64,000 nt of DNA from positions 2,785,648 through 2,849,647 of the forward strand of contig SMSO01000014.1 in assembly GCA_004764695.1 (NCBI GenBank). Direction: 5' to 3'. A model generated the notes under the pieces. That model had not been told where the DNA came from and did not search any database. It saw only the letters and a program-made list of their open reading frames with translations. Every line of letters starts with the position of its first letter. Position 1 is the first letter of the stretch. A program made the position numbers and the translations under genes. This document shows, piece by piece, positions 48,121 to 61,600 of the stretch. The stretch comes from Schizochytrium sp. TIO01. Taxonomy: Eukaryota > Protista > Bigyra: Labyrinthulomycetes.

Positions 48121-51100
48121 CTTGGGCGAGGAGAGGCGTGTGGGTCGCCTGATCTAAAGCCTCTAGCGGCGGCGAAAGCGTAGGAGGAAAGAGGTTGTAG
48201 GTTTTAGGATTGTGGTTGAAGATCAAAGTATCCAATCAGATAATTCTTCTAATGATTCCTCAATATACTATTGTATAATACCAACTCCACGGTGGGTACT
48301 AACAACATGATTGGTACTGGTACCGCAACTCATTTGGGGGAAGGGTTGCGGAGAGACTGATCCTTTACATTATATCTACTAGCTAGGTGTGATGCGATCT
48401 GGGGCTGTTGAGGTTAGGAGATGCAGAGAGAAAGCTGGGGGTTGTTCAAGACAAAAGCAGAAGATGATGGGGATAATTTATCCAAGGTGGTAGAGACTAG
48501 GAGTGGACCGTAACGAATCAAACTAATATTCACTACGTCTCATCGCGATGAATAACTTTTGTGTTACTCACCACATTCTAACGAATTTTCTTTTGAATAG
48601 GTTATGATATTGAGTGAGCTGGTTTAAAATATTCTGGTTGATGAGAAGAAATCAAAACCCTCAAAATTATTTACTGGGCAGATTTTTCACTATTCACATT
48701 TAACCAGCGTACGAAAAGCGCCGTTCCGAAAATAAGGTCTGCCATGCACCGCCTCTTTCATGTTATGGCACAGTTTATTGTGGGTTGGTTGTTTTACGAC
48801 TAACTATGAATTTGCATAAACTTTCAATCTCCAGAGGAGACACTTCTCGTTGAGGCTTTGACTGGAACATCGTACATAAAGGTGACATATTGCAGTTGGT
48901 TTCACATCATGAAATTCCATTTAAAAATATAAAAATATATTTCTGTATTAGATGAGATCAGCAGTGATTATGGTACGGTACATTATAATTTACTCCAAGT
49001 ACAAGTTGTTGCAATTGCGGTAAGGACTGAGGCCAGTATTGACTAAGTGCCGTCACCTTTAAAAATAAAAAAAACGGAAACAAAACAAACAAACGAGGCT
49101 GACTAAGTTTGTTCGTTTCCTTCACTTCTATTGCAATACTACCTGACAAATAAATTATCATGCAAATACGAATTCTTTCAAGCTAGGTGCTACAATCAAC
49201 TGATCGTGCCATATATCGTGGTATTGTTTGGGCAATTAAATTAAAGTGCTACAACCGTTAATACCAAGTTTGATAGTCCAAAGACCTGTCATGGGAAGCT
49301 ACTTGCGAAAGAATATACTTTCTTTTTAATAACTACTGAAGGTACATTATGATATAAATCCACATTTTATATACTTGATCGTCAATGGATTGATCATAAA
49401 CAAAAACTTAATATGAGAGGATTGATCGATTTCTTTTTTTTAATGTATAGTTTTAAAATCATCATAAAACAAAAGTTTTGACAACTCCAACTCGTAGCAC
49501 CTCTGTCTTTAAAAAAAAGTTTAGTCTAGGTTATGTGCTGCTCGCTGTAATCGTTGGGAGCTTCCCCACGTGCCTCCACACATGAAGACGGTGTTCGATG
49601 AACCAACTTTGAAAACTGGGGGTATCCGGGAGTGCCTTTGGGCAACTCTTTGAAAGAGTGTTGACCAGCGGATCTTATAGACAGGGAGGTTTTGTACTGG
49701 TAGGAGCACTTCGCCTGGATGTTGATCTCAGATAGCTCGTTTGTCTATATAACTTTCGGTGGTTGGCTCAATAGATCTTGCGCAACGAACCGCGAAGCTT
49801 GACAGTGTTCTTTTGTGCTAGGGACTACATCATCATACCAGGCTCGAATGTCTTGAAACTTGAAATCTTTTCCTCGAACAGGCCAGAAATGATCGTAATG
49901 CTACCTTCCTTCATAGGTTCAACTCAGAACTACAAGTAAGTCCCGCCAACGCTAGCTGACATTGTAGCACCATCGCTGACTTCCTGAGCGTTTCTTCCTT
50001 TTAAAGTTCAGAATGTTTCCTTTAAAACTAGTTTTAAAATTAAAATATTTGAAAGCCAGTGGGAACTTGCCAAATTTAAAATTTGTTTTTGATTAAAATT
50101 TTAAAAAATGGAAGGAAACATAAAGTTGAAAGTTCGCAAGTTATATATAGTGGGGCACCCTGATTTTGAACGAAGTAAATTATTTTAAAAAAAAAAACCA
50201 TCACTAACATTAGTATTTTTAAAAATGTCATTTTTAATATTAAAAGAATATTCGGTGCCTTTTCTCTGGAGACTCGCGGATTGAGGTCAGCGTGCTACAT
50301 GCCTTGGCGGAGGAGCCTCCTGGTTCGTGAATGCCATGCCGCGTGCGGTGTATGAAAATATAACTCTTGGTACTACCCGCCTAGCACCTCTGTCTGAGTA
50401 AGCGAGTTGTTTTAGAGAACAGCCTAAGGTGCCGTCAGAGTATCTCTCTTATTTTATTTTTAGTTAGAAAGGGTAGGTATAGCTAAACCACTCGCAGCGC
50501 TGTATGTTTTTCGTCAAGTCATACTCCCATGGTTGCTGGTGTCGAATGTAGTAGACCACGAAAACGATTTGTTGCAGACTGACTGATAGTGTACAAACAC
50601 ACTATCAGTTTGTGGAAGTTGTCATGGTGCTTTCCCATCCTCACCGTTCCCGCTTTCACTCACACCCAAGCTACCTACAGAATACCTGATTAGAATGTAT
50701 ATTATATGCAGGAGCGTTTCCCTGGCTGCCTAGCCGATCTTTCTTTCATCTGCGCTTCCGCAACCTCAATTGCGTCATGTACATCCTTGGACGGCAATGC
50801 TGATAGCAATCTATAATAATGAGTTTGTCTTTTACTAACAAAGTCATTGGTATCACCATCCCACTTGCGTCTGTAGCATAAACGCAATGTAGCAACTATA
50901 GTGTCTGCGACACTGACTGTCTTTTTTTATGGACTTCAAACCGTGGCAGCGTTTGAATGCCCGCGATAAGCTACACACGTAAAGCAAGATAGCTAGCTTC
51001 ACACGCGCAGTACACAAAGTTGAAGAACCTTAGTCTTATGGTAAAGCTAAATGTTGATAATAAAAACAAAATTTGGTGCTACTGTTTGTGCTTGCAGTGA

Positions 51101-52815
51101 AAAGCTGAATCCACTTCAAAAGCTACTCTTTTAAAATTAAATTTAATAGTCGTGGCGTTATGTTTTTGGCTTTGGTTTATTACCCAACAAAAGGATTGAT
51201 AGGTGTACTTAGCTTCTAACCATTGTGAGTCAGAACCTTTCAAAGTACAAAAAAGCAAGTTGTGCAGCTAACCACTGACTTAATTGCTTGAACAAGTAAA
51301 GGCAATCGATACGCTAACTATGCTGCACGAACAGCAAAAGTGCGCCAGTTGTTCGGAACGCATGAGCGAGGGAAAGGTATTCTTATCATTCAAATGTTTT
51401 CCTGTTGAGGTCAGGTCTTTCTATATTTGCTTTTCAATATATAAAAACCCGAGGGTGCGCAGTAGTGTATCGCGAGATGTAGCACTATGACCCTACATGC
51501 ATTCTTGTATTTTCTCATCCCATCTTGAACATGGCCTAGTATGAGATGATTGACAACTTCTAGGATAACGATTATCCGCGAGAAAAGACTCTCGAATTAT
51601 TGCTTTCATGGTCACTAAGCTATATTGTGAAGGTATTCAAAGTGGAACTTTTGATGCTGCAGTTGAGGCGTCAAGTACTAGGGTGTGTATTAATCCTTTA
51701 TGTTTGCGCTATAAGTCAGCGAAATGCAGGACTTCGTCTTTTAGTAACTTGAGCCCTACCTAGAGCTACTACCTAGAGTCGCCTCTCCATGACGTCCCGC
51801 TTACCTGAGTTGGCGTTAACATTTGGCGTATCAGTCTGCAAAGATGCCCTAAAAATTCTGTGTAATATCGCGGCCTCACTAATTGCAGATAGACCTTGCT
51901 AGACATTTAATGTTCAAACCTAGGAGTTACTGCTTCGGAGAAGTGCTTGTACTCAGCTTTTTCTTCCCGTCCGGTTTCTTTCATACCTTTTAAAAATATA
52001 AAATTAAAATTAAAATTACTTAAATATAAAAAGGCCTTGGTGCAGACGAGAAAGAGTGTTTTGATTTTCTTTTGTAGCTAGTTGCCCAAAGTTCAAGGTG
52101 CCGCAATATAACGAACGACGCTAGTGTAGTAATCTTTCAACCTTGTTATCCCGGACTCTATATGATCGACATGATCGACTGTCACATGATTTTGATGTTG
52201 ACCGGTCTCTGCGGTGGTTAGGTTAGGTGCGCATCGCCTTGGGGAACTGTTTGGCCGCAAAGTATTTGCGATAAAGGCTAGCTAGCAGCCAACCAAAGCA
52301 GATAGAAACTCATCCATCACTGGAGCTGCAGCAGCGTGCCCTCGCTAGGGTCTAGGGAGGAGGGCCCAGGAGCAAGCAAGAAGCCATTTACTTTCCACAC
52401 GACCATGCCGGCACAGCATTGTGAATTGCCAATCCCACGTACACGAACAAAAACTCGCATGAAGAAGGCAAGTCGGCGGAGAGCGAGCGCCCTTTTCCTA
52501 GGTGTCCCATTCCGCGGGCAACTCCAAGAATTCTTAGAGAAGCACCGCTGCTGCTGCTGCTGCTGCTGCTGCTACCACCATAGCAGCATGCCCTCGGGCT
52601 GAACATCACAAGAAAGGATCAGTGTGCGAAGAGTGCAGAAATCACAAGCGCTCGATGGCGGCATTGGCGAGCAAAGTTCCCACGGCCCCCTTTTGCATTG
52701 CCTTCAGTTCCCAAAGTGAATGAATGGGTGGTGGTAGCACGCTCGCCACGTCACTCACTTACTCACACTCTCTCTCTCTCTCACTCACTGCCTTTGCCCC
52801 TCTGAGCCGGGGATG

Positions 52816-52838
52816 GTGCTACAACCAGGTTGTAGCAC
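52816..52838. repeat. Perfect 23-bp palindrome GTGCTACAACC-A-GGTTGTAGCAC
   Basis: 11-bp arms are exact reverse complements with a 1-nt spacer. Confidence 0.95.
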
Positions 52839-53522
52839 ATTCGCCTGAATTACCTTCAAGCTAAGATTCTTCAGTTCGACTGCTCCGCCAACAGAAAAGC
52901 GAATTCAAGAGTGCCTGCGTAGGTAAGTTGGTGGGTAGGTACTTGCTTGCTTGCTTGCTCGCTCGCTCGCCTGCCTGCCTCTTTACAACAGACAAACAAA
53001 CAAACAAACAAACAAACAAGCAGAGAAGAGGCGTGGACCTGTTCGCATCGCGCTCGTGCGGGCCTTTCCCCCGCCCAATGTTTTGTTTTATTCGCTCCGC
53101 TCACTCGCTCGCCTTTTCGTGGCGCCCTCCGACTCCTTTTGCTTTGCTCGCTCACTGAGCGTGCAGGTTTGCATGCAGAGCAGAGCAGAGGAATCTATCT
53201 ATCTATCTCACCCCCTCTGCATCTGTGAACCTAAGTTGCGTCGGGTTCGCGGGCGCCCGGCGGCACCAAGAATAATTGCTCTGCGCTCCAAGGCTGAATC
53301 GAACTGGACAGGGCAGGACTTGACTCGACTCGATGCGAAGAAGGCGACAGCTGAGACCCAAACGGAGACACCTGACTGACAGACGACATGCAGACAGAGA
53401 GACCGACCACTGGCGAGGAGCCGAGACTTGAGAACTTACTTGAGGGAGTCGAAGAAAATGCAAATCAACGCAATACTCGCACTCGCGGTCGGCTCATAAA
53501 AGCAGTCCAGGGCTCGTAGCAG

Positions 53523-53579
53523 CCAATGTGCAGCATTTCGTTGGTCCATTGTGCAGCATTCGTTGGTCCATTGTGCAGC
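53523..53579. repeat. Short tandem repeat, ~22-23-bp unit (CCATTGTGCAGCATTCGTTGGT) x~2.5
   Basis: Direct inspection. Confidence 0.85.
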
Positions 53580-53737
53580 TAGCTAGCTTGGCAACTCTGC
53601 ATGCATTTCGGCGAGAGGAGCGGCCCGCCGGCAGCAAAACTCGGGTCGGGGCTGGGCTACGACGAGATGAATGATGAAATCGAGGGCGTCCAGTTTAGCG
53701 CACTTGGAATGAATTGCCTTAAGGCATTTATTTCTTC

Positions 53738-53769
<32 letters not shown>

Positions 53770-55539
53770 TTGTTGCTGTGTGCTTGAGCGCTTGATGATT
53801 ATTATTGTTGTTATTAATTAATTTTTAATAATGCAAAGTTGGAAAACTCAAGGCGAACTTTTCTTTTCATTCAGGTGGTGGTGTTAAAAAAAGGCATCCT
53901 TCCCATCCCCTCAGGTTCATTCCAACAGAAGAATACAAAATGTTTTCAGCGAAACTGCATTTAAAGCTATTCTTTCTCTCCTTTGTAGCTCTAAAGGTAA
54001 GTAGGAAGGTAAGTATAGGGTAGGTAGGTACCTACTAGGTACTCAAGATCTTCCAGCAAAGGGGCATTTTTGGTGTACTTTCTTTTACACCCATCCTATT
54101 CCTTCACCACTTTCTTCGTCATGAAACTAAAAACAAATTTTAAAAACTTTTTAAAAGGAAACCTGAACGCCCCCTCACAGATGACTCATTTTTTTAAATT
54201 ATGCTTTTAAAAAAATAAAATAAGTTTGGTTTTATCCATTTAGGAAAAGGGTCGATTTTCTCTGTTTTTTTGTTTGTTTTTTGGCAAGCGAAGGTACTAA
54301 CTACTGCGTCCTGGCTTTTCAGCAGTCAAAGTCGGCCAGCTCGAGGGCATGCTCTCGAGGCAGCGACAGCTATCTATTGACGTGTTCGTCGAAACCTTTC
54401 AAAGGGCCTGGGCTCTCTCTGCTCTGCGCCTCGGTCTTGTGACTCTCAGACCTTCTTTCCTTTCCTGTTCGTTCCATACATTCAATTAATTGGGTATTTC
54501 TTCTTCTTCTTCTTTTTCTTTCAAGTTGGTTTGAAGAATTCGCTTTATTCTTCGACTTCTATTTCTCATACAAATTAAAGGGAAGAAACTAAAAAAATAA
54601 AAAAAAATTGAGTTTGCTAGTTTTAACAAGTAAGAAGAACAGAAAGAAAGAGTGCAGGGTGGCGCTGGCTGGTTAAGAAAATCCAAGGCCTGAGCGTTGC
54701 TCCATTTCTATTCTTGTGCGGTCCCTTACACCTCAAGAGGCAGCCACGAATAGTGAGCAGACTGTGCTACGTCTCCGCTTGGACCGTTGCGGCTAGCCTA
54801 TCGCTGCTCATATTCGCAAATGCAAAGGCGTCCTGGCGACGAGCGAGTCACACGGCTGCATTTTTTTGTTTGTTTGTTTGGCAAAAGATCGTGGATGCGC
54901 AATTAGCTCACTTATAGACTTAACTCTATCTTGGGTGTCACTCTTCTTTAATTTTATAAAGCAATAATAATAATACTACATAAAATAGCAAATATATATT
55001 TACTTTATTTAATACAAAAAAAATAAAAAATAAAAATAAAAACTCTATCGTAGAACTGGGCACATGGAAAGGGATAGGTATAGAGGGAAAGTGCAACGAA
55101 AACACATGCCGGGAAAACCGGCGACTCCTCTTGGTCTCAGAGCGCCTCAAAGGCGAGCCTTTGCACGGGTTTTGCGACCTGATGGAGCTCCTTCTCAGGA
55201 ATAAAGCACCAGTCATCACCCGTTTTCGATTTGCCAGGACAAGAAAAGGACGCCTTCTCATAACTTGAGAGAATACTCTGTCTGTGTTGTGCGCTTCTTC
55301 TTCCCATTTTTTAGTTTTTCATTTCTTTTTTGTTGGTTCACACTGTGCAACAATCTCCAGTTTTGTTTGTTTACTTTCTTTGAAGTTTATTCGTGAATTG
55401 ATAATAAAAGAGTGGGCGGGCTCAGAATGAAAAGCAAAAGAGGTGGCAGGCAGTAGGTGCCTGCCTACCTAGTTTTATACATTTTATACATCGCAGATAG
55501 CCCAAGTTTAATGTATGTGGGAGTGCATAAATGGCTCAT

Positions 55540-55540
<1 letters not shown>

Positions 55541-55608
<68 letters not shown>
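55541..55608. repeat. (AAT)n microsatellite
   Basis: About 22 AAT units, ~220 bp upstream of the aminotransferase ATG. Confidence 0.95.
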
Positions 55609-55610
<2 letters not shown>

Positions 55611-55824
55611 CAAAAAATGTGGGCACAAGGATCTTTTTAAAAGGAATAAGAGAAAAAGAGCAGAGTAAAAAGAAAGAGTAGTAGTGAACAATAGTGGCGC
55701 AGAAGCATATGGGCGAAGAAGAGCAGCAACCAGGACATCATCAAACCCAAAACACGAAAGCAAAACCAAAACTTGAGGCAGCAGCAGAAGCAGCACAGTC
55801 GCAAGCAATACAAACCTAGGCAAG

Positions 55825-57066
55825 ATGTCCCAGGCCGCTAAGCAAGCTATCAACCGCGGTGTTGGCCGCCTCTCTGACCTTGTCGTCGTAAAGGGCAAGG
55901 GCTGCTGGGTTGAGACCAACGAGGGCCGCAAGATCCTCGATATGGCCAGTGGTATCGGTGTCGTCTCCACCGGTCACTCTCACCCCAAGGTTGTCAAGGC
56001 CGCCCAGGAGCAGATCTCCCGCATTGTCCACGCCCAGGTCAACATCTCCTACCATGACAAGATGCTCGAGCTCACCGACGCCCTCCGCCCGGTCGTGCCC
56101 CAGACCCTCGACAGCGTCTTCTACACCAACTCTGGTGCTGAGGCCGTTGAGAACGCCGTCAAGATCGCCCGTAACGCCACCCGCAAGGGCGGTGTCATCG
56201 TCATGCAGGGATCTTACCACGGTCGCACCCTCGCCACCTCCGCCATGACCACTTCTGGCCGCTACTACCGTCAGCACTTTGGCCCCTTCATGCCTGGTGT
56301 CACCACGACCCCCTTCCCCTACGAGCACAAGGGCTGGACCACCGAGCGTGCCATCGAGGAGTTCGACCTTCTCTTCAAGCAGCAGCTCCACCCTGAGGAC
56401 GTTGCCTGCCTCATCATGGAGCCCATCCTCGGTGAGGGTGGCTACGTGCCCGTGACCCAGGAGTACCTCGACCACGTCTCCAAGTTCTGCAAGGCCAACG
56501 ACATCCTTGTGATCATGGACGAGGTCCAGACCGGCTTTGGCCGCACCGGTAAGATGTTCGCCTGCGAGCACTACAACTTCCAGCCGGATATCCTTGTCAC
56601 CGCCAAGGGTATTGCCTCTGGTTTCCCCCTCTCTGCCGTCTGGTCTCGCCAGGAGATCACTGACAAGCAGGAGCCCGGCAGCATGGGTGGTACCTACACC
56701 GCCAACGCCGTCGCCTGCGCCGCCGCTATTGCCACCCAGGAGGTCATGCGCGAGGAGAACCTCGTCCAGAACGCCGCTGACCGTGGTGCCCAGCTCCAGG
56801 CTGCTCTCCGTGAGTTCCAGCAGGAGCGCCCCGATGTCATCTCTGACGTCCGTGGTCTTGGCTGCATGGTTGGTGTCGAGTTCAACCCGAAGCTCAAGGG
56901 CATCAAGGGCGCCGTCTCCAAGGGCTGCCTTGACCGTGACATGATCCTCCTCGGCTGCTCTGCTTACGAGACTGTCCGCTTCATCCCTCCCCTCGTTGTC
57001 AGCTCTGACGAGATCAACAAGGCCGTCGGCATCTTCAAGGAGTCTGTCAACGCCTTCACCGCATAA
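55825..57066 (+). CDS. Class-III PLP aminotransferase, 4-aminobutyrate aminotransferase (GabT)-like
   Basis: NSGAEAVENAVKIAR, YHGRT, EPILGEGGY, DEVQTGFGRTG, PLP lysine TAKG, GGTY, DVRGLGCMVGVEF. Confidence 0.9.
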   Translation: MSQAAKQAINRGVGRLSDLVVVKGKGCWVETNEGRKILDMASGIGVVSTGHSHPKVVKAAQEQISRIVHAQVNISYHDKMLELTDALRPVVPQTLDSVFYTNSGAEAVENAVKIARNATRKGGVIVMQGSYHGRTLATSAMTTSGRYYRQHFGPFMPGVTTTPFPYEHKGWTTERAIEEFDLLFKQQLHPEDVACLIMEPILGEGGYVPVTQEYLDHVSKFCKANDILVIMDEVQTGFGRTGKMFACEHYNFQPDILVTAKGIASGFPLSAVWSRQEITDKQEPGSMGGTYTANAVACAAAIATQEVMREENLVQNAADRGAQLQAALREFQQERPDVISDVRGLGCMVGVEFNPKLKGIKGAVSKGCLDRDMILLGCSAYETVRFIPPLVVSSDEINKAVGIFKESVNAFTA

Positions 57067-58695
57067 ATCCAACCTAGTGTATGACCACAAACCCGTTTTT
57101 ATGCACGTACCATCCTGCCCGTGAAATACCAAGTTCCGTTTTTCTTATATTTCATTCTAAACACACCATTGCTACGCAATCGTAAACAACTGTGACTCAT
57201 TGATTCATTTCTTTCGTATTTTTCTTTCTTTCTTTGATATCCCTCTTTTACTGTCCAGCTTCACTGTAAACCACCCTGTCGATTCCCTCTAATACCCACG
57301 TGCCGTGGTCCTGACGATCTTGATTCGGTCTTGACGTCTCAGAAGATGCAACCGCATACCATGCACACTACCATGATGGTTAGCTTGCCTCTTATTCCTG
57401 CTGCTGCTTCCAGACCCAAGACACGAAAGAGCAAACCTCAAGTTTCATCATGAGTCTTGTCATTCATCGAGTAGAAAATGCATGAATGAGCCTTTGGTAG
57501 CTAGCTGCCTGCACCCTGTTGTACAAGTTCCACCATAATTTATTTCTTCAGCCATCATCTAGATCACACACCTGCTCCCCAACACAGGGAGGCTTGTCCT
57601 TCATCCCTCACACAGGCAGCCTCAACGCCAACCTCTCCAGACCAAGCCGGCACTTGTAGCATGCATGCATGCATGCATGCACTTGCTTTGCTTTGCTTTG
57701 CTTTCTTTCTGCCACAATTCGCGATCTCAACCCTTCTCGTGCTACCACCACTCCTACTGACGTGTTAAATGGTCCTACGCAATGCCAATTTTTCCATAAC
57801 CGAGCATCGACACGGCTCTCTACGACCCGCATACCTCAAACGCTAAGCCTCCACCCGTGCCTTTCTTCCTGCTTTAGTCGTGACCTTGAGGACAGCGCGA
57901 AGTCCAAGCTTCGTCTCGCCAACTCTGGCACCTCGAAGAGGGAGGCTCAATAATGGGTCCTCAGCTGCTCAGGTACGAAGAGCTGAGGCGCTTTGCAGCA
58001 CCGTGCACGGCGGCTGAACGGAGGCCTCACTCACTCCTTGCTAGTGCTTCTTACGCGTGAGCGATGGAGTGAGCGAGTGAAACGGTCATGACCTGTACGT
58101 ACTAAAAGCAGAGTTTCACCCCCCCTCCATCTGGGAAAGTAAAAGCGCAGTTGTGTTGAAGGTCGCAAGTGGGTTATAGAGAGGGATACAGTGGGAGTTT
58201 AGAGGTGCAAGTGGGTTATAGGATGCAAGAACTATAGAGCAAACGGGGCTACCCTCGCCTAGGGCGGTCCTAGAAATGCCCCGCTGTCCTCAAGAATACC
58301 ATCACCACATCGCATAATCTAGCCTCAAGCCACGCAAGCCTGCACGGTAAGGAGATTATGAAGGCCAGCGAGTCGACCTTCTCGTGGGCATTCGTCGGAT
58401 ATCAACAGCTGCGGAGTTGCTGCTGTTTATGTTGGCTGATCTGGCGCCCGAATTTCAATGTTACGCATGACAATTAGTTAGCGGTAACAAAGCATAGTCG
58501 CAGATAGAGAATACTACTACCACCGAAGGCTCTGTTTCGTAAACAGAGAAGCAAACTTAGGTTGGGTTTGTACAACTATCACAGCAAACGCGAACCGAGG
58601 GTGCGTGCAACTCCCACTCAGCAAGTGCTTTGCGGCATCGGGTCGTCGCAACGAAGGCGCGCTCTGAAGCCCTCAGGGCCAGCTTTCGTGGCGGG

Positions 58696-61600
58696 ATGGA
58701 CCTGGACCAGGCCGGAGAAGATGTCTTCAGGCAGGCCATCATGGACCACGCCCTGAGCTTGGGCATGGACCCCGAGCGAGATGCAGGGTTCCTCTGGCTT
58801 GCTGAAGAGGCATTGACAGCAGAACTTCCCGATGAGTGGGAACCTGTGGAGTCCGATGGTCAGCAGTATTACTACAACCGTCGTACAGGACAGAGTTCGT
58901 GGGAAAACCCGCTTGACGAGCCGTACAGAAGGCTTTTCTTGAAACTGCGCAACAATCCTGAGATTGCGCGGGAAGAGAAACAGCGCAGATCGGCAGCAAG
59001 AAATTGGAATGGAAGTAATTTGGGTGCTGGTTCTATCAGCAAATCATCTGCCGCGGCACAGGGCTCGCAGGATATTGTGTATGCTGACAGAGAGCGAAAA
59101 ATGGCGGAAGAACTTGGGCTTCACCCCCTGGATCTTGGAGAAGACCCTCCAAGCGCGCCCGGTAGCACTTCGAGCAGCGGTGGGGTTTTAACATTTCAGG
59201 GTTCGCAGGCAGATGGATACACGAGCTCGAGAACGTCTGCAATGAGCCAGTCGAACCAGCCGAGCATTGTGAATATCATTGACCACAGAGCAGCAACCAT
59301 GGCTGATGGTGAGGTGGACATGCAGTATCTAGCAGAGTTCAACGACGGCAATACGAACTGGTTCTCTGCTAACACGATGTTTTCAGAGGTGCCCGACCTT
59401 ATTCACGAATACAACAATGGCATTCTCGCGTCGAGGGCCCAGGCAACAAAGTCGTTGGAAGTTCAGCTAGAAGAAGAGCGTGCCCGCGTGGCGGCACTTA
59501 AACGTACACTGGAGGAGGAGCGTACGCAATCTGCAAAGGAGCTCCAAGAGCTGCGGGAAGAACTCGATACAGAGCGTAGAAATGCACTAGATAATTTTGA
59601 CTCTGCATCGCATTATAACAGCGCTAGCAAGGGTCCACGAGATTTCAAAGAACGCGAGGCCATGGCCCAGCAGCTTGAGGACATGGCTTCTGCAAAACGT
59701 AGCGTAGAGCATGCACTTAGTCAGGTGAAGCAGGAGCTTAATGAGGAGATTGCATCCAATCTTGCGTCGCGTAAGCAAGTCGTTGCTCTCGAGGCTGAGC
59801 TTGAGCAGGCCAAACGTCAATGCGATCAAGCACAAGCCGATCACAAGGCTGCCAAACAGCGAGCTCAGGAGGCTGAGCGACGTCTGCGTGATCGCAGTTT
59901 TGCTAACAGCCCTGCAAAGTCAAGGGCTGGGGGCTTTGCAGATAATGAGGATGAAGACCTGGAATCTGAAATCCAACGCTTACGAACTGAACTGTCTCAG
60001 AAATCAAATGAATGTCTCGAAGCTACCGAGGCTCTTGAGGCCTCCAAACGTCAGCTCAATCGTGCTGCAAATGAACGTGATGTTGTGCAAACTGCACTTG
60101 ACAAGGTTAAAGTTGAGTTGGATCTCGAATTCAAAACCACTGCGCGCCTTCGCCAAGATGCTCAACAAGCTCAGGATCGTGCAGACACCCTTGAGCGAGA
60201 ATTGCAAATCTCACGCCATGACCTTAACACAGTCCTTGCAAAGGCATCCCCTGGAAAGTCCACATCCCCATCATCTAAGTCAGTTACAAGCAACGCAGAG
60301 CACGCCGAGGTCAAGTCCTTACGGCAGGAAATCTCAACATTACAGGATAAACTTTCGCACGAGAAATCAGAGGCACTCAATACGCAAGAACGTCTTTATG
60401 CTGCAGAGCGACGAGCAACTCGTGCTGAGAATGAGCGAGATGTTCTTCAAAAGGCTCTTACCCAAGTCAAGGCTGAGCTCCAGCAGGAGTTTACAACTTC
60501 TGCTGGTTTGCGTCAAGAGGCTCAAAAGTTGCAGGACAAGGTAGACTCTCACGAACGCGAGATTCAATCTTTGCGAGACGAGTTGCAAGATGTCCAGAAT
60601 GCTAGCAAGAAGAATGATAATGTGGATGACGATGCTACACGCAAGCTTGAGGATCTCCAGAACACAATTCACAAGCTGCGTGACTCCCTTCGTCAAAAGG
60701 ATAGTGAACTTGATGATACGCATGCAAATCTTTTGGCTGCTCAAGAACAGGCACAGAGCGCAACCCGTAGCCGCGATCGTGATGCTGCAGAACGTGAGGT
60801 TTTGGAGAACTCAGCTCGTACTGCCAAGGAGGATCTTGCACGCGAGTCTGCCCTTGCAGCTCAAATGCGTCGCGAGCTCACAGCAGCACAGGTGAAGATT
60901 GAAGAGATGGGTAAGCAGGCAGGAGATAAAGAAGCTCATGAGCAACAGTTAGCTGATATGGATATGAAGTTGCGCCGTAGCAAGGAGAAGGTCCGAACTC
61001 TTGAGCAGACTCTGGCTCGCTGCAAGGATGAAATGGACACTGTCATTCGAGCGCATGATGCTCGCACAGGTGCCGCCAATGAAGAACGGGTGCGCGATCT
61101 TGAAGAGCAGCTTCGCGAAAGGGATTCACAGATGCAACGCCAAACAGAGGCTGTGGAGCAAAAAGCAAAGAAGATTGCCTCTCTCGAACATGAAATTGAA
61201 GTCATTCGAAGTGCAGAAACCATTGATCCGATGGAGCTTGAGCGTACAAAGCAAGAACTTGCCGCAGCCTCGGAGCGACTTGCCGAAGAAATTCGAAAGC
61301 GCCGCGCTATTCACAACAAGCTTGTCGACCTACAGGGTAATATTCGCGTCTATTGTAGAGTACGTCCTGTGCTAGTTCACGAGACAAAGTCTGGTCGTGC
61401 AGATGTCGTTGTGCGTTTTCCCAATGAAGGTGAGATTAAGTTACTTCAGTCTTTGTCTTGCCGTGACCAGGAAGATGCCTTCGAGTTCGACCAGGTCTTT
61501 CAACCTACTGCTCAGCAATCGCAGGTCTTTTCCCAGGTCGAGCCACTGGTTCAGTCTGCACTCGACGGTTATAATGTATGTATCTTTGCTTACGGTCAAA

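Noticed and set aside
49520-49900. Protein-like minus-strand fragments (HYDHFWPVRGKDFKFQDIRAWYDD...)
   Set aside because: Short and stop-interrupted, with no family recognisable.
53523-53579. 22-23-bp direct repeats as a possible CRISPR-like array
   Set aside because: Head-to-tail tandem copies without spacers, eukaryotic context, no cas genes.
55816-57132. 438-aa antisense ORF over the aminotransferase
   Set aside because: Same codon-bias artefact.
58477-58488. GTTAGCGGTAAC resembling an RFX X-box upstream of the kinesin
   Set aside because: Spacing is off consensus, it is a single instance, and RFX control is not established for this inferred lineage.
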